Shown one piece after another: positions 26,261-32,977 of a stretch of DNA of 35,439 nucleotides; the stretch's first letter is position 1, and every line of letters begins with the position of its first letter. The notes below the pieces were generated by a model, which saw only the letters and a list, made by a program, of their open reading frames with translations, did not search any database and was not told the origin of the DNA. The translations under genes and the position numbers were made by a program. Origin of the DNA: Candidatus Zambryskibacteria bacterium RIFCSPLOWO2_01_FULL_35_19 (lineage in GTDB: Bacteria > Patescibacteriota > Minisyncoccia > Phycocordibacterales > WO2-35-19); the NCBI GenBank assembly GCA_001825335.1, contig MHWA01000014.1:1-35439 (forward strand), given 5' to 3'.

Positions 26261-27445
26261 ATGAATTGGCAACTAATGTTTGCTGTGATGTTGGCGACAC
26301 TTGTTGTTCTCACATTCCCTGCCGTATTAATTCTGTCACCTTTCATTGTTAGAAAGATGGCAGAATTGGAGTGGTTTTTTGCCACAACGGCAGAGGGTCA
26401 AGCACGACCAGTAATCTGGAATAAGAAATTTCGGAAGTTCATCATGAACTATGCTGGACATATATTCCAAGGTGAGCTATTCAAAGATCACCGCAATGCT
26501 TCTTTTAGATTTGATCCGCAAGAAGCTGAGTACTGGGAATTGATCCATGCTAGCCAGTGGCCTCGCAAAAACAAGACCGTTATTGAAAAATTGTTGAGGT
26601 TGTTTGAGGGTGTATATCTGATCGGTGTCCCACCATTTGCCGAAATTCAACGGTATAGGATGACCTGGATAGAGTGGGGTTATCCAAAGAAATCTGATGG
26701 TACGGTTTCTACTACCAAAGCACCAATCTCGCACGATGAGCCAATTAGCCATGTTTTAGTACAAAGTGATGTGTATTTCGTCAAGGTGCTGTCGGCAGAA
26801 ACCAAGGAAGGAATTCCAGTTGATGTCAGTTTTCTATTGACGATTTCCATCACCAATCCCTACAAGGCCCTGTATAGGGTCCAGCACTGGCTAGAGGCTG
26901 TCACAAACCAAACAGAGGGTACCACTAGAGTATACATCGGTACCCAAAACATTAGAGAGTTGTTTGCTCCACCTGAAGGGGATCCCAGTACGGCTCTTCC
27001 TGTTGGCACAATAGGAGCACTTTCTGAAACTTCCTCTGAAGAGCTAGCTAAAGCTTTACACAGCAGGTTGGAAAACTTCAAAGAACGATTTGGGGTTAAT
27101 GTAGAACTGGTGCAAATCCAATCGATTGAACCAGCAGGAGATGCAGCCGCCAAATATAGAGAGCTTCTGACTAGAAAATACGAAGCTGAACAAGAAGCTG
27201 AAAGAGTGCGAATTGCCGCAGATGCAGAGGCATATCGCATTGAAACAGAAGCTAAGGCAAAGCAGAAGGCGGCAGAAATGGTTGTTGGTGCGGTGTCTAG
27301 TATCCCTAACGGTCCTGACATCTTTCACTCACAACAAGTTGGCGCACTACAAAACCTGCGAACCTATGTTGAAGGAGATCGTCAAGGCAAGAGCAAAAAA
27401 GGTAAAAAACCTGTCATTGCCATTCCGACAGATAGTGGAGAATAA
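26261..27445 (+). CDS. SPFH/band-7 (stomatin-prohibitin-flotillin-HflK/C) family membrane protein
   Basis: N-terminal TM helix, SPFH-like core (VDVSFLLTISITNPYKALYRV...) and the characteristic Ala/Glu-rich coiled coil (YEAEQEAERVRIAADAEAYRIETEAKAKQKAAE). The SD gaaggagga is strong. The gene lies in a GC-richer segment. Confidence 0.65.
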   Translation: MNWQLMFAVMLATLVVLTFPAVLILSPFIVRKMAELEWFFATTAEGQARPVIWNKKFRKFIMNYAGHIFQGELFKDHRNASFRFDPQEAEYWELIHASQWPRKNKTVIEKLLRLFEGVYLIGVPPFAEIQRYRMTWIEWGYPKKSDGTVSTTKAPISHDEPISHVLVQSDVYFVKVLSAETKEGIPVDVSFLLTISITNPYKALYRVQHWLEAVTNQTEGTTRVYIGTQNIRELFAPPEGDPSTALPVGTIGALSETSSEELAKALHSRLENFKERFGVNVELVQIQSIEPAGDAAAKYRELLTRKYEAEQEAERVRIAADAEAYRIETEAKAKQKAAEMVVGAVSSIPNGPDIFHSQQVGALQNLRTYVEGDRQGKSKKGKKPVIAIPTDSGE

Positions 27446-27469
27446 TCTTTCTTTACACTTGATTCGTAT

Positions 27470-27495
27470 AGCCGAGGTAACCCCTCGGCTTTTTG
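27470..27495 (+). terminator. Rho-independent terminator
   Basis: agccgagg-taacc-cctcggct followed by TTTT. Confidence 0.65.
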
Positions 27496-27524
27496 TTGAC
27501 TTTATTTTATAAATATGATACAAT
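27496..27524 (+). promoter_or_regulatory. Sigma70-type promoter (TTGACT-17 nt-TACAAT)
   Basis: TTGACT at 27496-27501 and TACAAT at 27519-27524, followed by a gaggagg SD and ATG 27546. Confidence 0.55.
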
Positions 27525-27545
27525 AGATAGAGGAGGCTCCTTATC

Positions 27546-28703
27546 ATGCTTGATCAGATAGTTCCGATTTTGATCGGTTTTTTGTCCATGGTTTTGGTAG
27601 TAGGAGGTATTGTTCTTCTACTCATCAAAAACCTAAAACCCACCTCTTCTTCCGAAAAAAACAAAGACATAAAGACAAAAAAGGAAGAAGAAAGTAGATG
27701 GTCATGGCTGACGCATACTAAGTTGCTGATAGTGTATGGACTAGCTATCTTCAACTTGGTGGTCTGGGCAATGATTCCCTGGTTTTGGGATATACTTGCT
27801 TACAAGTGGTATACTTGGTTAATCTTCAATATTGGGTTTTGGACAATTCTTTATTTTCTCACTGTTAAAGTGAAAGATAAGGATGGAAAAGAAACTGAAT
27901 CAGACCATCCGACGGCCAAAAGATTAGCAAAAATAATCACCGCAATGCTGATATTGGGACTTGCTACCATCACTTGGAAATATTTCCAAGAAAAAGGTTG
28001 GCCTTTTGGAAGTTCTAACGAAGCAACTATCACCCCCGGTTTCTCTCCACAATTGGGAGGGACACAAGCCGGAAGTGTCAGCTATACCCTAGCAGTCCTC
28101 GATGGCTGCGAGACTGGTACCGGCGCTCCCGGAAGCGGTAGGCATTTTCTTGAGGACGGAATAACTCCAGTCCGAAATCCGCAGGATGCCCCTTGGGGCA
28201 CCGGTGCGGTTGGAAAGTGGCAGATTCATATCGGTGATCCGGACGTTAGCGAGGAGCTCAAACTCCTTGAAGCCGAAATGAAACTTGATGGGAGTTTGGG
28301 TCCAGACGAATCGCTCGATGTGGAGCGGAGCGAAGCCCACAATCGGGCAGCCGCCGAGTACTTGTACAAGAAGTACGGCACAGCCCCATGGACCGCTTCA
28401 GTCGCCTGCTGGGGATCATTGGTAACCAGCACTGGGACTCTGATAGTCACATTGGAAGCCCCAGTTGGAGAATGGAGCAACTACTTCTCGTTCCCAAACA
28501 ACCACCGATATGATTTTGGGCGGGTCAGTCCGGAAAAAGAAGAGAAGTATCGCGCAGAATTCACCACCCAAGACGGGAAGGTGATTCTGGGAGAATTTCC
28601 GTCGGAGGAATTTCTCCGCGTACCCAAAGCAATAAAGATGCGGGTGCAATCGTTGGAGAAAGAGCCGGTGATCATCAAAATCACTCTCACTCCGAAAAGT
28701 TAG
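27546..28703 (+). CDS. Polytopic membrane protein with a lysozyme-like (SLT/Rpf-type transglycosylase-like) domain and a C-terminal beta-rich domain
   Basis: About 4-5 TM helices lie in aa 1-150. Then LDGCETGTG...GAVGKWQIHIG...EAHNRAAAEYLYKKYGTAPWTASVACW resembles the CES-G...G(L/V)xQ(I/F)...AWP.C pattern of Rpf/SLT-type domains. Recognition is by eye only. Confidence 0.45.
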   Translation: MLDQIVPILIGFLSMVLVVGGIVLLLIKNLKPTSSSEKNKDIKTKKEEESRWSWLTHTKLLIVYGLAIFNLVVWAMIPWFWDILAYKWYTWLIFNIGFWTILYFLTVKVKDKDGKETESDHPTAKRLAKIITAMLILGLATITWKYFQEKGWPFGSSNEATITPGFSPQLGGTQAGSVSYTLAVLDGCETGTGAPGSGRHFLEDGITPVRNPQDAPWGTGAVGKWQIHIGDPDVSEELKLLEAEMKLDGSLGPDESLDVERSEAHNRAAAEYLYKKYGTAPWTASVACWGSLVTSTGTLIVTLEAPVGEWSNYFSFPNNHRYDFGRVSPEKEEKYRAEFTTQDGKVILGEFPSEEFLRVPKAIKMRVQSLEKEPVIIKITLTPKS

Positions 28704-28739
28704 GAGGGCATTATGCGACAGCACAGAGGTCCTCCGTAG

Positions 28740-28790
28740 CCCCATCGAGTAAAAGGCGTAAGTCTTTTGCTCCGATGGGGTTTTTGTTTG
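28740..28790 (+). terminator. Long hairpin terminator
   Basis: Outer stem is ccccatcg...cgatgggg with an inner stem aaaag/ctttt, followed by TTTTTGTTTG. Confidence 0.55.
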
Positions 28791-28799
28791 TAAAAAATA

Positions 28800-29078
28800 T
28801 TAACAAAAAAATAGTTCACAGGGAATATCAAAAGTAGCCAAAACAATTCTTAAAATGCCATAAACAGAAAACATTATAAAAAGCCCAATTACTCCATACA
28901 TAACATTGGTCTTTTTTTTATCTAAATCATTACCATCGGCTCCCCAAATCATCTGCACTATCCCATAAAATAAATATATAGTGGCAACAACAAAACCAAG
29001 CACTATGAGTGGATTTAATATCAAAATAGCTATCTGACCTAAAAGATCTGTTACAGCTGTTATTGTAGCGGCTAACAT
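28800..29078 (-). CDS. VirB2/TrbC-like small pilin paralog 1, with no signal peptide
   Basis: 92 aa with a two-helix hairpin: hydrophobic helix, GADGNDLDKKKTN loop, then VMYGVIGLFIMFSVYGIL. The architecture matches the six upstream paralogs. Confidence 0.6.
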   Translation of the reverse strand: MLAATITAVTDLLGQIAILILNPLIVLGFVVATIYLFYGIVQMIWGADGNDLDKKKTNVMYGVIGLFIMFSVYGILRIVLATFDIPCELFFC

Positions 29079-29142
29079 AACTACATTTTATTTTTAATAC
29101 TCAAAAATTGCAAGATATAAAAGTTTATATCTCTTCTTAAAA

Positions 29143-29190
29143 AAAATACAAAAATAAAACCGCCTTAAAGCAGTTTTATTTTTGTATTTT
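29143..29190. terminator. 18-bp perfect AT-rich hairpin inside the pilin array, an internal terminator or attenuator
   Basis: aaaatacaaaaataaaac-cgccttaaagca-gttttatttttgtatttt. It lies between the stop of paralog 2 (29200) and the start of paralog 1 (29078). Confidence 0.5.
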
Positions 29191-29199
29191 AGAGCAAGT

Positions 29200-29553
29200 T
29201 TATTCAACTTCATTAGGAATAAGATTGCCAACATCAGGAGCACCTGTATCTGTGCCTATTCCTACATTTTCACCGATAAATCGAACCAATCCCCAGACAG
29301 AGGCCATCACAAAGAGAGCCACCACTCCCCAAATCATTGTCTTTTTGGCTTGTTCCTTGTCATGATCTGCGCCAAAAATGTATTTAACCAAACCATAAAA
29401 GAATCCAAGAATAGCGAGGGCAAAAACAATTGGTATGATTATATCCACAATACCACCCAAATCTTCAATTAAACCTCTTAGTGCAGTTAAACCTTGAGCA
29501 AAAGAGACAAGAGGGAAAGCCAAAGCTCCAACAATTAACGCTAATTTTTTCAT
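29200..29553 (-). CDS. VirB2/TrbC-like small pilin paralog 2
   Basis: Signal peptide ending SFAQ|G, then IIPIVFALAILGFFYGLVKYIFGADHDKEQAKKTMIWGVVALFVMASVWGLV. Confidence 0.65.
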   Translation of the reverse strand: MKKLALIVGALAFPLVSFAQGLTALRGLIEDLGGIVDIIIPIVFALAILGFFYGLVKYIFGADHDKEQAKKTMIWGVVALFVMASVWGLVRFIGENVGIGTDTGAPDVGNLIPNEVE

Positions 29554-29666
29554 ATAATTTTAAATTAATAATTAATAATTAAATAAACGACCATTTTTAA
29601 TTTGCTTTATAATAATATCATTTTTATACTTAATTTCAACCAAAAGTAATCCACAACGTAATATAA

Positions 29667-30065
29667 TTAAGGCGAAGCGGCATTCCAGGCTTCAGTATTA
29701 TCAGCTCCACCATCCCCACCAATAGTTGGTATAGGTATAGAATTTGGTCCAGAGCCACCCAAAAGCTCACCTTGAAGGAAAGCGACGAGTCCCCAGACAG
29801 AGGCCATCACAAAGAGAGCTACTATACCCCACACCATTACTTTTTTGCCTTCATCTTTTTCACTACCAGCAGAGCGTATATACTTGGCAATACCCCAGAA
29901 AAAGAAAAGTAGGGCTAGAATAAAAGCAAGCGGGACCAGCATATCTGTCACAATATATTTAGCTTCCCAAAATAATTTTCCAGTCTCCTTTAGTTGGGCA
30001 AAAGAAAAAACGGGAAATAAAACAAATACGGAAGATAAAATGATTTTATAAATTTTATTTAACAT
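29667..30065 (-). CDS. VirB2/TrbC-like small pilin paralog 3
   Basis: Signal peptide ending SFAQ|L, then WGIAKYIRSAGSEKDEGKKVMVWGIVALFVMASVWGLV. It shares a 30-nt identical tract with paralog 2. Confidence 0.65.
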   Translation of the reverse strand: MLNKIYKIILSSVFVLFPVFSFAQLKETGKLFWEAKYIVTDMLVPLAFILALLFFFWGIAKYIRSAGSEKDEGKKVMVWGIVALFVMASVWGLVAFLQGELLGGSGPNSIPIPTIGGDGGADNTEAWNAASP

Positions 30066-30083
30066 AAGTTTTAAATATTAATA

Positions 30084-30443
30084 TTAATAAATTTTAGTGG
30101 TAATTATATCTCTGGGAATTGCTGGATTTTCAACTTCTGGAATACCAAGCTCACTTTGGATAAAGGTAATTATACCCCAAATTGAAAAAGCTACAAAGAG
30201 ACCGACGATACCCCAAATCATAATCTTCTTTCCTTCTTCGGCTCCTTTTTCATCACCAGCACTGGTCCTTATGTATTTGGCTACTCCCCAGAAAAAATAA
30301 AAGAGAGCTAAAGCAAAAGCAAGTGGTATAAGCACTTCGCTAACTATGCCAGAGGCCGCATCTATAAGGTCAATAACTCCAGCGGCAGATGCAAATAATG
30401 GAAAAAAGAGAAGTATTACTATTATTTTTGATATTTTTATCAT
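30084..30443 (-). CDS. VirB2/TrbC-like small pilin paralog 4
   Basis: Signal peptide ending ASAA|G, then WGVAKYIRTSAGDEKGAEEGKKIMIWGIVGLFVAFSIWGII. Confidence 0.65.
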   Translation of the reverse strand: MIKISKIIVILLFFPLFASAAGVIDLIDAASGIVSEVLIPLAFALALFYFFWGVAKYIRTSAGDEKGAEEGKKIMIWGIVGLFVAFSIWGIITFIQSELGIPEVENPAIPRDIITTKIY

Positions 30444-30446
30444 ATA

Positions 30447-30719
30447 TTAAAAATGAATTTGAGGAATAATCACTCCTCCTCTAAAACCAAATTCACCCAT
30501 AGTAAAAGAAATTATACCCCAAATACTTACCAAAATAAGTAATCCTACAATCCCCCAGATAATTAAATTTTTGCTATCTTTTATTTCTTTTTCACTACCG
30601 GCAGATTTTATAAACTTGACTATACCCAAAACAAATACAAGAAAGGCCACCGTTCCTAAAAATGGTATTATTCTAAGCCCTATATTTATAAACAAACTTA
30701 TAATCGCTGTTAAATCCAT
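30447..30719 (-). CDS. VirB2/TrbC-like small pilin paralog 5
   Basis: LGIVKFIKSAGSEKEIKDSKNLIIWGIVGLLILVSIWGII. It is separated from its neighbours by only 3-nt and 2-nt gaps. Confidence 0.6.
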   Translation of the reverse strand: MDLTAIISLFINIGLRIIPFLGTVAFLVFVLGIVKFIKSAGSEKEIKDSKNLIIWGIVGLLILVSIWGIISFTMGEFGFRGGVIIPQIHF

Positions 30720-30721
30720 TT

Positions 30722-31156
30722 TTATACTCTTAATTGACTAATAGTTTTGCCGATGGCTTGCGATATAATCCAAGCACCTAAAAGTATGGCCGCACCTATA
30801 ACCGCCCAGAGTAGAGCATCCTTTGCTTTAGTTATTTGTGCCGCATCACCTCTAGCCGTTACAAAAAGAAATCCAGCATACATAACCATTACCACAGCTA
30901 CCACACTACCGATAGGTATTAAAATATCTTTAATAATGGTGGTTATCAAACCTTCAATGGTATTTTCTTTAAATGGATTTTTTATTTCTATTGATGAATT
31001 TATTGGGGGGACAGAACCAGTAGTCCCTCCACCATCGCCTCCCGTATCACCTCCACCATCGCCATTTGCGGCCAACACAAACATCGGCATTACTAAAACT
31101 ATGACAACTACAATTGGAATTAAAATTTTAAAAAAACTTTTTGAAAATTTAAACAT
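30722..31156 (-). CDS. VirB2/TrbC-like small pilin paralog 6, with a Gly/Asp-rich N-terminal extension
   Basis: Signal/TM segment, then GDGGGDTGGDGGGTTG, then YAGFLFVTARGDAAQITKAKDALLWAVIGAAILLGAWII. Confidence 0.6.
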   Translation of the reverse strand: MFKFSKSFFKILIPIVVVIVLVMPMFVLAANGDGGGDTGGDGGGTTGSVPPINSSIEIKNPFKENTIEGLITTIIKDILIPIGSVVAVVMVMYAGFLFVTARGDAAQITKAKDALLWAVIGAAILLGAWIISQAIGKTISQLRV

Positions 31157-31181
31157 AATTTTATATATAAAAATTGATTAA

Positions 31182-31589
31182 TTATTTGACTCCTTGGACT
31201 GGCACTGCATCTTTAAAACCATTTTTATCACTCAAAAGAGCATTTGTGATAGTGGTTACAATAATCCAAGCTGATAAAATAAAAACAAAACCAATAAAAA
31301 CTTTCTTCATTGTATTTATAGACTCTGATCTTTTGCCTGGATTATCGCCATGTATCATCATCTTTATACCAGCCCAAGCAAAAACACCCGCCGCTATCGG
31401 GACTGAAATCTTTATAATCCAATCTATTACATTATTTATCAGTATCAATAAATCATCATAACCGCATTCGTCACTAAGACCACCATCGCAAGGTATAAAA
31501 CCACCTTGAGCAGAAACTAAAAAAGGTATCATAATAAAAAGAAAAAATAACGAAAAAATTAAAATATTTTTGATTAATGGTTTTTTCAT
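31182..31589 (-). CDS. VirB2/TrbC-like small pilin paralog 7, with a Cys-containing N-terminal region
   Basis: Signal peptide ending VSAQ|G, then CDGGLSDEC, then WAGIKMMIHGDNPGKRSESINTMKKVFIGFVFILSAWII. Its start overlaps the upstream SBP stop by 4 nt. Confidence 0.6.
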   Translation of the reverse strand: MKKPLIKNILIFSLFFLFIMIPFLVSAQGGFIPCDGGLSDECGYDDLLILINNVIDWIIKISVPIAAGVFAWAGIKMMIHGDNPGKRSESINTMKKVFIGFVFILSAWIIVTTITNALLSDKNGFKDAVPVQGVK

Positions 31590-32890
31590 TTTAATAATAA
31601 GGTAGAGAGTTCTCTATGAGCTCGATTGACAGCTTCTCCCGTCCTAGCTCTACCGCTTGTGATTGATTCTATCATATTTCTAAAGACGATATCACTTTCT
31701 CCTTTGGACGGATCAAGCCAAGCTTTGGCTCGGATAGCACTATCATAGAAAACACTCTCATATGAATTGATTTGTTTCTGTCCTAAAAGATCTCTTCTTG
31801 CTGGTGGCAATCTTAAAGCTTTACTAAAAGCCATCGCCCCTTCTTTGCCAGTTAAAATAGAAATAACAGAAAAAGCGGCGCTTATCTTTTTAGAAGCTTT
31901 GGTGATAGCAAAAGAATTAAAATTAGCATAAGAGACATTAACTCCGCCCTCCCTAGAAATAGGCACTGATGCCACATCAAAATTTAGATTTGGATTTTTA
32001 ATTTGAAGATTGCTTATTTCATTAGCAAAACCAAAATACAAAGCCAAGTCACCTCCTAAAAAGTAGTTGGTAGAATTATTTAAAGAACGATTCCAAGAGT
32101 ATGAGGATTTGGCTGGATTGCTAAATTCGGTATAAAAATTGACTGCCGCTTCAGCTGGAATGGTTGATTTGTTGAAAGAGTCAGCAAAGACGCTTAAAGC
32201 TTTGTTGTTACTGCCCCAGATAGTAACAGGCGTCCCCGCTTGCATTGCCAAGTTTATAACAATTTCTTTGGCATGAGAGATGTTTCCAAATTCACCAAAA
32301 GCTACCAAGCTTCTTGATATATTTAAAGCACCATCTTTTTTAGATATCTGATTGGCTAAATTATAAAACTCATCCCAATATTTTGGAGGTTCAGTGATTT
32401 TAACTTCAGTAAAGATAGACCTGTTCCAATACATAACCAGTGGGTTGACCGTTATGGGCAAAGCTAAAAATCCTTCTGGCGCCATATAAATTTCAGCTCC
32501 TTCTATAAAAGAGTCTTTAAATTGCCTAGTAGTAAAAGCTTCATACGGAATAGCAAATATTTTGTTGCGGTGCTTGAGTATCTTTTCACTTCCCAACATA
32601 AAGATATCTGGACCATTACCAGAAGCTAAAGCTTCTATAAAACTAGCATCAAATTCTTCTTCAGTTTTCTGAACATATTGAAGAGTAAATTCTTTGCTTT
32701 GGTGAAGAGACGTTGCTTTGATAGCTTCATTGAAAGTGGTTTGAGGCATAGTGCCCCATATCTCTATTGAGATTGCATTTCCAAGACTCCCTCTATAAGA
32801 AGAAAATATTATCACTCCTACGATTAGAAATACTCCAAAAATCCCAGTCAAAACCAATTGAAACTTTGTCATACTTATATTATATAACAT
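31586..32890 (-). CDS. Membrane-anchored extracellular solute-binding protein (ABC SBP family 1-like), orphan
   Basis: N-terminal TM anchor followed by an SBP_bac_1-like layout (IEIWGTMP..., GNGPDIFMLGS, LPITVNPLVMYWNR, YWDEF). No permease or ATPase genes are adjacent. An alternative start is at 32872. Confidence 0.65.
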   Translation of the reverse strand: MLYNISMTKFQLVLTGIFGVFLIVGVIIFSSYRGSLGNAISIEIWGTMPQTTFNEAIKATSLHQSKEFTLQYVQKTEEEFDASFIEALASGNGPDIFMLGSEKILKHRNKIFAIPYEAFTTRQFKDSFIEGAEIYMAPEGFLALPITVNPLVMYWNRSIFTEVKITEPPKYWDEFYNLANQISKKDGALNISRSLVAFGEFGNISHAKEIVINLAMQAGTPVTIWGSNNKALSVFADSFNKSTIPAEAAVNFYTEFSNPAKSSYSWNRSLNNSTNYFLGGDLALYFGFANEISNLQIKNPNLNFDVASVPISREGGVNVSYANFNSFAITKASKKISAAFSVISILTGKEGAMAFSKALRLPPARRDLLGQKQINSYESVFYDSAIRAKAWLDPSKGESDIVFRNMIESITSGRARTGEAVNRAHRELSTLLLK

Positions 32891-32977
32891 TCAAATCAAA
32901 ACCGTCTCACTCAAACTGTGAACTACCATTATCCACAATTACCGAGATCGGCATCTTCTTGGCAATATGTTTAGAAA

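Noticed and set aside
26860-27328. 153-aa and 90-aa minus-strand ORFs within the SPFH gene, and similar ORFs at 28089-28745 within the next gene
   Set aside because: They are long antisense ORFs of the kind expected in GC-richer DNA. Their translations are Ala/Ser-rich and low in complexity, and they have no SD, whereas the sense ORFs have strong SDs and family-like motifs.
28712-28738. 8-codon mini-ORF (MRQHRGPP) with an aggaggg SD directly after the island's second gene
   Set aside because: It is too short to support, and the SD-like sequence is also one arm of a ggagg/cctcc hairpin. It might be a terminator-associated structure rather than a coding leader peptide.
26128-28790. Calling the GC-rich island a prophage or integrative element
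   Set aside because: I found no integrase, recombinase, capsid or terminase-like genes, and no flanking direct repeats by eye. Only the compositional shift and the tRNA/rnpB-adjacent position support foreign origin, so it is reported as a compositional island only.
30747-31461. 144-aa and 95-aa plus-strand ORFs mirroring pilin paralogs 6 and 7
   Set aside because: These are antisense shadows. The minus-strand ORFs share the conserved pilin two-helix architecture and tight operon spacing, and the plus-strand ones do not.
28800-31589. Possibility that the repetitive small-gene region is a CRISPR array or other non-coding tandem repeat
   Set aside because: There are no regularly spaced direct repeats. 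The periodicity is at the protein-paralog level, with intact ORFs and signal peptides. No CRISPR-like repeat-spacer structure occurs anywhere in the window.
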